Shown piece by piece: positions 25,501-37,500 of a stretch of 64,000 nt of DNA. A program made the position numbers and the translations under genes. The DNA comes from Tubulanus polymorphus (lineage: Eukaryota; Animalia; Nemertea): contig NC_134027.1 of NCBI RefSeq assembly GCF_964204645.1, forward strand, positions 8,216,485 through 8,280,484. The letters are read 5' to 3'. Below the pieces are notes generated by a model. It had not been told where the DNA came from, made no database searches, and saw only the letters and a list, made by a program, of their open reading frames with translations. Each line of letters begins with the position of its first letter. The first letter of the stretch is position 1.

Positions 25501-28500
25501 TTTAATTCTTCGCGCAGTTGTTTGATGACCTCTCCACGATGCTGAGCTGTCGTTAGTGCTTCATTGTGTTTCTCCTCCAGCGATTTACAATCAGATTTCA
25601 ATTTTACCATTTGATCGTGGCGTTCAGCAACCTGTTCGTCAGAAAAAATTCTAATTATTCAGAGTGAAAAATGTCATTTGAAAGTGTAATACATGCCACA
25701 ACACTATTGTCATTATAACCACCCTTAGAAATTTAAGTCAATTGAAATAAACGAGACCATGCCATATTATTAGCCATATTATTAGTTTACGAGACTCACT
25801 TCATTAGTTAACGCATCGCGGGTATCTTTAGAGGATGACTGCAATTTCTGTAAACTGTCTGTTAGTTTCTGAACCTAATTGTTAAACAGTTAAAAACAAT
25901 CGTAAAGCTTTAAAATTCAAGCCATAATTTAAGTTCTACGAAGCATTATCAATTTATACAAATTGCTGTATTAATCAGTTGTTTTCATTCATATATTCTT
26001 GATGGGTAGAAAAATTTTCCACTGAGGGTTAAATTCAAACCATTATTTAACCAGTAGGCTATATCATGAATTTTTGTATATGCTTATTACTAATACGCAG
26101 ATCAATAGTTCAAATTGAGTATGTACTAGAACAGCAAAGTGGCTTTTGACTTGTGTGTCACCATATTTCGTAATGATTATAAATAAATGACTGTTCCATC
26201 TATTCTATAACACATTTAAAACTAGTATACGTTGTCTGAAGGAGTATAATAACAGTCCAGCAATTATATCTATTATTCAAGCAAGTATCACGAAATCTAA
26301 ATAAAGATGCATAATACTGTATTCATCTATATTATGTACTGTAAACAATATAGCCGATTCAGAATGTACCTCATACCTGAGTGACAGCAGCAATTTGGGC
26401 GGCTTTTATAGAATCGTAATCCTCCTTTAACCGTGCGAAATCTTGCTGATGAGATTTAGCCTAGTATTATAGAATATTATTATAACTACAGTAGTACGAA
26501 ATGGTTACTTGTATCCCCAACAGTTTTCCAATACAAACTAAACCACCCAATGAAAGATGACTATTAGAAAGAGTTTTGACTAGCCAGCTAAAATCTAATT
26601 GTTTTAGTTTAGGTATCTATTTAGTGCAAATATTGTTGTTAATTTTGAAGCAAGGATTTATCAGTGCATCGATAAACTATGCTATATACCTCGGCACGCG
26701 TTTCTTCGAGTTGCCGCTTATTGGTTTCAAATTCTGCCTCGAGGTGGCGTGCTTTGATTTCAGAAGTACCGAGCTGAAATAAGAATACGTACGGTGTTAC
26801 AACGCTTGATAATAACAATACGAAATGTCTTTCGAAGTTTTCATTAAAACCGAATCATTAAAAAAGCTTTCCAAGATAAAGTTTGAAAGATGCAAGCATG
26901 AAAACACTTCATTTCATAAAAACTGAAAGTGAATAAGATAAGACAAGATATAAAATACATCTAAGGCTCATAGATAAAGCATTCTAGACAAAGTATAAGA
27001 ATTTATAGCATAATCTAATATGAATATAATGAACTACTCAACTACTTATATATTTGAATAGGTAAAGGCGTAGGTGTATTAGCTAATGGTTGTCAATAGG
27101 AGTCATCAAACAATAGGCAATGATTAGAAAATATATACAGTGTATCATGTATCATGGTTTATGTATGTATAGCTATACGTATTTTTCATAACGATATTCA
27201 ACCTGAAATTCATAAGTGCATTTCAACGCATGGTACAACTTCGATAAAAATTCCTTAATTCGATGCAACTAAAGCTCGTTTAAAATGAGTCTGAACTGAT
27301 TTAGCGGGAAACGTCATCAGAGCTGTACCATATTGACTGTTATCTTCGATAATGTAAGGTTAAAGGCCATCTCAATTTTTCGAAAATATGCAGAATCATC
27401 CCAAAAGTGTTGAAATCTATTTGTAGTTACGGATTTTAATAAACTTGAGATGGCCTTCAATGCAGGTATTATTGTATTGTTACGGCGGTGCAACTTGCTA
27501 TATTTTCTGCCACCAGGTGGTGCTCACCTCCTCTGCCACGCGTTTTCGTTCAGTTTCGAGAACATGCATTCGATTAGCTCGTTTGTCCAACTGAATCGAG
27601 TTGAAAATTCCCAAAGTAAGTAAGATGTGTTAGCGAAAGACACCGGGGAAAGTTAAAACGCACAACAAAACAAACACATGAGTGTAGTCCCACCCATGTA
27701 TGAAACCATATTCCCATGTACTATCGTATGGTACCATATGTAAGGTTATTCAGATACACATACATTTTAGAAATTCACCCATATTCTGTATAATGAATTA
27801 AAACATCAAACTGACATAGCTAGCCCATGGAAGAGCAAACAGGATGTATATACACCAAGGGCTTACCCCGTACTCCAACTGGTTATGAACAGGTACGGTT
27901 AGATACTAAGAAAGAGAATGCAGCCGCATCAGTTTCGTAGATTATATTCATTCAAAACAAGAATAGATTATGAGAAACACGAAGAATTCACCGAACCATG
28001 AAAATCTGTTGACCAGATTTGAAAGTTATTTAGTCAGTAGTTTGAGAAAAAAAAACATGAAATTGCCACCAATTTGATGAACCACAGTAAATGTTATCAG
28101 TGCCTGTTCTTTAGAACATCATGCCAGGTGATAGGACAAGAGGACATTATATTTAGTATGCATTAAATATAAAACAAAACCCTGACACTTGTATATATAG
28201 ATTGATACACATCAGTGACCAGGTCTATTCACTGAACTACAAATCCAGATATAGGAACGAAGTGCATTGGATTAACGCAAATACGCATGCAAATCATTGA
28301 CCCTGAATTTGTAAGGAAATCATAAATTCATACTATGAGTATATACGTTTTATTTACCTCTTTTGTGTAAGCATCACGTTTTTCCTGTAATTTCAGAATA
28401 TCTCGTCGTAGACCGGCTATCGTTTCATCGCGTCGTACCAGTTCCGACTTGAGTATCTCGCGGTGGTCTTGCGTCGATACTTGACTTTCACGAAGTTTCG

Positions 28501-31500
28501 ACTGGACATTCGATAACTGCATAAAAAGAGACATAGTCTAATTACATGTATTTCATAACCCAATGAAATATAGCTTTGTTCAAGCCCAGCCACAACCGAA
28601 TCAGGTTGACTGAAACTCGTTCTATTCCTTACCTCATCATTTGTTCGTTTCTTTGAATCCGCAGTTTCCTGAAGTTCTCCTTCCAGCATACGAATCTTAC
28701 GCTCATATTGAGTCACCTGAAATAAGAAATAAATTCGAAACAAAAATTACCAATCATATCAAGATTCAATGTTTCATAAGTTCCCTGAAATGAATATTGC
28801 TCAGCAACTGATAAAAAGACCACAGGGTTTTTACAGATCAGCTTATCCATTTCCCTGACCCCAGACCAAAATTCCCAGAATAATAAGATATGTTTCTGGT
28901 TCATAAGGTTCCTTGTGCCACTTGTCACCAGCAAGAACAACAAAGATACTGAATTCCCTGACTTTTCCATGATATATGCAGGGAAAAATAAATCTGAAAT
29001 CCCCTGATTTTCACCGATTTATATGAGACCAGCAAGACACCCTGAGACCAGCAAGAATAACTGCTTAACTTTGTGTTTATCCATTATTCTAAAATTCAAT
29101 CTACCTACAAAATGCTTAACAATATTGAAATGACGTTTCACAAATTCTTGATCCTTTCGGGACCCCCATCATTTAGAACAGTCTGTAGACTTGGGAGTGT
29201 TCTCTCAATAAATTACATTTTGTTCTATATTGTATGTACACCACGAATATTCATTCATTCACTCACGAAATACTTACTGTTTTCATAAGAATCAGAAAAT
29301 GACAGGCATTTCCGAAAACATAAGCCCAATCCCCCAAACCTAATCCATTCGACATATCTACATTGTGGGTTCGATGATTTCATACATTTCCCAAAATTTC
29401 CGCCGACACAACAAATCGACGTACAAACATGGTACAACAGATAAATCCATGTTTACGATCACATCATCGCATTATTCGTATTCCTTATTTGACTTTTTTT
29501 TTAACATCGCACAATATGATGATTATCTTGATAAGCCTAACACACTAACGATGACTTAAATGTTAATCCTTGCCATTGAAAATTTTGTAAAACTATCGAA
29601 TGTTGAATACTCCTTGGTGTAACGTGTCCAGAATATCAGCTGATTAAACGCATTGTTATATTATATGTAGCCAGAACTTTGGCAAATGCGTATAGCAGAC
29701 AATATAGATGTCTATAAACGATCCGGGCTGTTGTTCACACATTGGCTGATCGAAAATTCAAGTCGTTATTCGTACAACCATACCATCCATCAACTCAAGC
29801 ATTGATATCACGACACACAGTCACAGCCCGTTATCCCAACTGCAAACCGATAAATTATTCAGCCACAACTCACATTCACATTGAAATTTCGCCCAGGAAT
29901 TTTCAAATTAAGACTTCGATCATTTTCTCGACCCGACACTGTAGCGTCTGCCTCGTCGCTACCTAGTTTCAACGCTAATAACACACAATGTCTCTAATCA
30001 ATACATATATTCATACGTACATGTACATATATCGGTAATATCCTATATCTATTATCAGTTATTGGTCACGATATTTTTATCACAGTCATCAAAACATTCA
30101 CTATAACACTATATATAACACTATATATCCACTGATAATGTCATCGCTCTTATAATTTCACAGTCAGTCAGTTCCTATCCATAAGCACATCTGCAATTCC
30201 AGGGCGTTATTTTTCGCACCGAAGACACATGTCGGCTGGCACGTTTTGTCGGAATGATTTTTTGTATTATTCGCCGATCTATTATCATATCCACTACTCG
30301 TTTAATTTCCATAGCTGAAACATTGTACTAGCGGTGTCAGTGTCTAAAGCCATAGGAGCCAGTCACTATGACAACTATGGCACAGATGTTCTTCATGTAT
30401 TACAACAGTATTATAGAAAATATCTGAGAATTCACCCTGATTGACTGTCTACACGTGACTATATTGAACTATAAGAGAGCATTTCGCTATATTCACGTAA
30501 TAACAACAACAGCAATACATATTCAATCCTAAGTCGCCTGAAGACACTTCCGAAGTTCGACGTTTCTCAAATAAAAATTAACTCTAATCCTGCCGGTACA
30601 ACAAGCTTTCTGCTCGAGTGAAGGGCACCACCGGGCTACTTAATACACATAACCGCCACCAGCGGATTTGATATCTACATTGACAGAAAATTTCTCATGC
30701 TGAAATGCACCAATGGATATCCGTGTTCAAAAGAGAACAACATTTTCTAAAAGAGTACTCGAAAAATAAAAATAACCTCTTCAATTTACTCGCGATTTGG
30801 AGGGCTTTTTCGATAGCTACACCGAAATCAAAATCAATTAGTCTCTAATTAAAAAGTCAACATGGGGTGGCTTTTAGGCGCATTTTGTAAACATTAACAA
30901 CTTTCGCGATGTTCAAAACTGGCCATACTCAAAAACTTTGTCAGCTCAAGTTTAATTAAAAAGCTGATAGGGGGTCCATTTTTACTAGTTTATAAACTTA
31001 ATTATATTTTGAGAGAACACTCTTGACGCATCCGCTCACATAGCACTGTGCAAAGTTCAAATGCAATTAGCGCAGAAAATAGGCCACCCGCCCAAAAATA
31101 TAAAGGAATTTCTCTTTTCCTATTTCATCTATACAAGATTGAGGGTCTTGCAAGGGGTCAGGGGAAAATTATGATTTTATTAATTCAAGTAACCCCATAT
31201 CATACAGAAAGTGATAATCGAGTAAGAAACCAACTTTCTCTAGCAACTATCATCAGTTGATGATGAATGCTGCGCAAAGTACGCCGAGTTCCCCGCACAT
31301 GAGAACGTACTTTCCTTTGCGTCGAAAAATATCTAACTGGTTAGAATGGCACTTGGCAAAGTGCATTGGAAAAATCACCCGCACACGAGCCAGCAACTGC
31401 ATTGCGCACTTTGCGTCGACATTATTCAGCTCATGTGTGGAGGCCTTTAGACAATGAACAATATTTGTTCCACCCAGGGATGATTCAATGAGACAGATCC

Positions 31501-34500
31501 CCTCAATTCGCAAAGCAGTTTGCAGTTTTTCAGACATAACATTTTCCAGCTGCAATGGAACCCAACGTTTTACTACAGCTGTGACATGATTTATCGCTAT
31601 AGTAACAAGACCAGGCCACGGCATGTCGCTCCAATGCCCACCCAGAGACAGGCACCATGTTTGGTATCATATTACAATGTCAACGGCCAGGTTCAATCCA
31701 ACACTCAGCATATTTAATCGTGAAAAGAAAGCAGGTTTCTATTCTATCCCTTACTATTCAAATAATATACCCAATGCCCACCGTCTATCAGAAAAGTACA
31801 ATTGAGTGTTTAGATTTCGACTATACCTGCCACTATCATTACCCGCAGCTCTGAATAGATAATCGAACGCTACTACAATACGGGAAAGAGTTTTCGTGAT
31901 TGAATAGCCCATCAAATTGAGCCTACTCGTTAAACATTAATTTCAGTATTACCGATACAGTTGATTAGGCAAACACATAAAAGCATAAAGTATTAATGAA
32001 CATTCACTGGAAAATCACGAAACGGCTCACTTAACGGAAAATATTTGCTACTTGTTTCAAAATGTTATATATATTTATATACGTCCAGGACTGTTTCACG
32101 CGTCTGCCAAAAATATGACAAGTCCATCGAAATTTCAACTTGACTAATCATTTTTTCTCGAGACATGTAAACAAACTGGTCTACAAAGAATTTTATCAAC
32201 GTGAAACATGACAGTAATTTCTTGTCATGTCGAATGTCTATCTTAAAAAAGATCTTCGCAAAAATTTGAACAGCCGTGTCAAGTTTCACGTACACTGCAG
32301 CCAAGTCGTCGTTATTGTCGTAATTTCGCTATGCAAGTCTAGTTAGGATTAATCGCAATATTATCGATCTGAGATATAAGTGGTTTAACCAGTTATTATA
32401 TAATGGACTGACTCGTAAAGATAGCAACGATTCTAAATCAAATGCGTCGACATTAATTCGAGATCATTTTTTAGTTGAACTCATCCCTGGTATGGATATA
32501 TGTATGTTCCTTCTTTTCTTTGAATCGCAAGGCTCTTTTTTTGTCAAACACGACCAAATGACTAGCTTAGGCTATTCTTTACTTGTTATACCAGGGTCTT
32601 ACGGGTTTCCCAATTTCATTTTACATACCTTTTCCATACCCAGATTATAGATTTTGTGTTTTCATAAAGTTTGTTATTAAATGTGTAGTATGACATTTAG
32701 ACATATAGCCTAAAATTCAAAATAGGAGAAATTCTATTTCAAAACCACTTTCAAATTTTTCTATAGCCATAGTGAAAAAAAACCTATATTTCCATAGCTT
32801 TTCCAGGGCCTGTAAAAACGATTCCTATATTCCAAAACTTTACAAGACTTTCCAAAACCCATAAGAACCCTGTTGTACTTATTATTATTTGATTGCCTTT
32901 GTCACGTAGGAAACTACTAGTTTATAACCATATCATAATCACAAATTATCTAGTGCAGACAGGTCAAAGTTGTGTTCATACTCATTGAAAGTAAAACCCA
33001 AGAGCAGGCTTATCATTAATGATAAATCAAAAACTCACATTTTGACCAACGCGAAGATTCTCGTCTTTCGAATCTGACAGTTCTTGTTTCAAGCGGCGGA
33101 TAGCGTCTTCGCAGCGTGAAATCTTAAAAATTCCATCATAACATTTATATTGAAATCACACCGACTATTGGACCTCGGAGTTTACAAGACAATCATCTAT
33201 ATCGAGTAAATGCTAAAATGTCAACACTCATGAACAAGACGGCTTAGGGCTTTGACAATAACTATCATCATAATAGAGGTGGCCAAAGTTTTTGGTAAGC
33301 CAGGTAAGGGCTAAGGGGCAGCGATTTAAACCATTTTACTCTGCTGCTAAGTTGCACAATTATCTACTTTTCATGATTTATTTGCAAGATTTACTTTTGA
33401 AAACGCCTTCAAATTTTTAACATTATCAATTGTCAAAATCTAGCACCAGACAGTGCTGCCTTCTACACTTACAACGCGCATGTAATGCACTTAAATCATT
33501 TTGAAAAAAATTTCCCTTAGGATTTGATCATTATTTAGAACCAAACAACGATTGCTGATTTGAAAGAATTTTCATAATGAACATGTCCAGTACTTCAGGG
33601 CTAGTGATAAACGTTGCGCTTAAGCGGCTGAAAAGATGTAATTTTTGTGAATTTGGACATTTTGATAAACTAGTTTTTTCCTCCAATGAGCATTTAGCAT
33701 AAAAATTCACGCATACACTTTACAGCAACTGGTTGAATATTCTTATTAGATTTTGAGACGTCAGTCACATGTTTTATAACTGGATCAAAATTTTTGTTAG
33801 GTATGCAAGATTTACTAGTATAATGAATACATTTTATCATAAGATTAGAAACATATAGTAACTATCATGAACGATAGCCAAAACCTCACAGTATCAAAAG
33901 GTATCATTTGTGTATCGATCATAAACATTAATCAAATGCTTTGACAGATTATTTATATAATGGACTGTGATCGTGCACACACACATTAACACAGCGTGGT
34001 GGTAATGGGCTTGATAGAAACGCTATTAATAAGGCAATGGTCATTCAAATCATACGCCATCTATCAGCGACACTGAAATACTATTCTTAAATCTGATCGG
34101 TTTGTACATTCTGACTAAGATGAATTAACTTAATTTGATTTTCTGAAAAATGTAGTGACAATATTTTCATGTGGAGACTATGACAATAAGCTGATTAATC
34201 CCGATTTAACTCACCTCCATAGCTTGATGTCGCAGTTTATCTTGTAGGAGTTTAATGCCTTGAACCTGGTTATTATTCTCGGCATCTTTCATCGACAATT
34301 CGCTGTGGAGATCGGTAATCTGTATCTGCATGGCAGAAATCTTGCGATCGCGATTTTGCAACTGTTAAAACGAAACAAGTACACAACATCGAGATACGCC
34401 CCTCGAATAGAGATCATTTTAGCCCAAAATTAATGACACACATTACGTACTTCCAGCGCGAACTCCTCACAGCGTTGTCGTGCCATTTCCAAATCCGACC

Positions 34501-37500
34501 GCAGTTTGAACAGATTTATTTCTTTGTCAGTGATTTCTGCCGAGCCGAGCTGCTCCCGATGATGAGCGGTAGCCAGGTCATGGCGGACGGTACCCAGAGC
34601 CGTGTCTTTCACATTTAACTGAAATTCACAAAGCCTCTAAGATCAGCATTCATCTACAGGCTTTTGATGCAGCCAGCAACAAATAGCTTTTCGTAAATAG
34701 TCTTTATATAGGGCCTATGTTATAATGTCTTACCTGATCCATTGAGCTTACGTGTTCATTCGTAAGTTGACGTACATCACCCTGTAATTTCTCGATAAAT
34801 TCATCTCGTTTTTGTAGCTGACTCTTCAAGTCGTGGATGTGCTGTTCAAATATCTGCTCTGTTGGTTTACTGAAACATAAAACAAGATTGTTTCTATTGA
34901 AGACTTACTGAACTTACGGAATACTTCAGTTCAATACATCAAGTACGAAATTTAATTGCTTATTACTATGGTAAGATAAACACTACACAGAAAAGTGTGA
35001 CCTATCAGACTTACGTTTTAGCGAGTTCCTCTAATGGACCGAAAACTTGCTCAAAAGATATAGATCTAAATTGTACATTGTCAATCTGTAAATAGTTAAC
35101 GTTGAAAATCATGATAGAAGAATTATGCACAAAACATGATGGAGCATAATTCAATGCCATTCTTCGAATTGCTTTAAGACACACGATAATGGCCTTTAAT
35201 AATAGGTAACATGTGTCAACTCACCTCCCAACTACCAGAGGTACGAGCACAACTAACAACTGTAATCAACGTATTGACGTCATGCTTAAGGCGAGAGTTG
35301 TGTTCGCGCAGTTCAGAGTTCTCTTCATCGAGTAAATTACATTTGTCTTCCAGGTCCTAGAGTTGAAATAAATCAACAAACATTTAGTATATGGCTATAT
35401 TTGTCAAAAACTGGGCTCCAAAGACACACGCCTACTCAGTGAAATAGGCCTACATGTTGACCCTCTAATGAACAAATCTGAGTGCATCATGAGCTACAAT
35501 TTTGCAATCAATTGAAATTACAAAATTGGAATCAATATGGAAATACCACATGTAATTGTGCTATCAAACATTACCAAACCTCCCCCCACAATATCCCCCT
35601 GGTGAACATATACAGAAAGTATGATCGAGCATGTCAGAATTCAAGCCAAAATAACATTTTTGGGCAGAAAAAGGTCACATGATGACCATCTTGTATTCTG
35701 ATCGACCAAATCTTTCAGCCATCTAGATTTTGATTGGGCCAGTTAGGGTTATGCCTGAGGAGTGGGCTAAAATAATGTTGTTACAATGGTGATTAAGGTT
35801 ATCAGCTCTGGGGAATTAAAGATGTTCAGGACATGTAAATGAAAGTAAAAGAAAGCAATGTAACTAGTTTTTTTGGAACTCCCCAATTAACGACCCTTTC
35901 TCATGGTAATCATGGTAGTAACTTGTATTTAATGCTACGAGTAAAAACTTAATAAATAACCGCCTAAATAACCGCCATCTATATAACTACCCCTGATGGG
36001 CAAATACATTTACGACATATTCAACGCAGGCCTGTTTTAAGACTACGCATTCTTCACCCTGTGTTGTTATTCCCATTATGAACCCAATGGTGGCACATTG
36101 TCTCGTAGTGAATTAAAGAATTATATATTACGCTATGAGACTTCGCTATACACAGGCACGCAACAGGAAAGAAGAGCATGTTAAAGAAAGATTTTACGTT
36201 CTAAACTTTGCGTGGTTGTGTAACCCAGTTTCTTTTTTCAACGTTATTTTCCGTGGCTAATGTATCAAATTCTAGCACCGGTTATTCCGATCTAACCTGT
36301 ATGACGCTGGTGGCGTTAGCGTTCTCATGCGCGAGCGTTCGCATTTCGTGTTCGTAATCTTTCGTCTTCGACATGTAATCCTGTAATGCAAAACAGTCGC
36401 TGGTTAGAAACCCTACATTGTTACAAATGAAACAGTCAACCAAACAAGAATAGGAACAGACAGGAACGGATAAGAGAGAGTACTAATTGCTTTTCATAAA
36501 GGGTGGGGCGTTGATTTCGAAATAGCTACAACCAACTAGACAAACCGACGCGACTCATGCAAGATATCAATTTCAAGAATCATTTCAAATTTCTGAAGCC
36601 CTCTTTACATGAAATCAATAATTTTCAGTTTCAGATCACATTTGTATTTCAAGACTAGGTGAAGTATTTATACTAATACAATCATCTTCTGTTTCATCAG
36701 AAAGCTAACTAGCAGAAGGCATATGAAAGGCGAATTTTTTAAACTCTCAACCGCATTAGAATAATACATTTCAATAGCATTAGGCTATATACACCCATTT
36801 ATTTTAGCTATTGAGAAATAAATAGCCCAGGATTATATAATAAGGAATTTTCAGCTCCTTTAAAGGCCTAGATAGAATATCATAAGCCTAACATAATAAA
36901 GAAGAGATCTAAACCATGAAAATAGGTGAACCAAAATCTAAAACATACATTAACAAACAATCCTTCTAACACTGATATCCACTAGACCATACTTAATCCT
37001 GAGGACATTTCTTTCATCATTAACTATAAACCATACGATGCATAACTAAGGGTCTTGATATATGCAAGAAAATACCAGGAGTCGTTAAAGAAATTGCAAA
37101 CAGAAGTTGATTAAGTGCCATCCATTTGAGAATTAAAAACGCAAACAAATTCAGTAAACACAATAATGCTAAACGACAATTTCGTTGCCGTTCTACAGTA
37201 AAACCAGTGGCAATAGAATATACACATGTTTATCAAGTCAAGAGATATCTACACCTCCATTAAAGTGTTTCATCAAATATTAATCACCTTTTGATTGCCT
37301 GCCTAAATATATACACGAGCTTTTAAAAGTCAAAATGAGTGTAAACGAATGAGCGGACTGCATAGAACAGCAGAATGAAATAGCACTGGACAGATATGGC
37401 TGCTTCTGGAAGAAGTGGTGATTCACGCTTTAAGAATATGTATATTTATTTTCACCTTGACAGAAGTTCCTGTTTTTTGTAGCTTGTTTTCGAGCAACGT

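Noticed and set aside
26108-26265. H/ACA-like layout (AGAATA, gaacag/ctgttc, ACA)
   Set aside because: Poor 5' hairpin; these motifs are common in AT-rich DNA.
27231-27330. CTGATGA plus stem on the minus strand (hammerhead-like)
   Set aside because: No GAAA after stem II; better explained as a small inverted-repeat element.
30538-30566. CTGAAGA-hairpin-CGACGTTTC, Penelope hammerhead-like words
   Set aside because: The motifs are in incompatible orientations, so there is no complete core.
31253-31624. 123-aa intronic ORF and overlapping ORFs
   Set aside because: No recognizable domain and no compatible splice sites.
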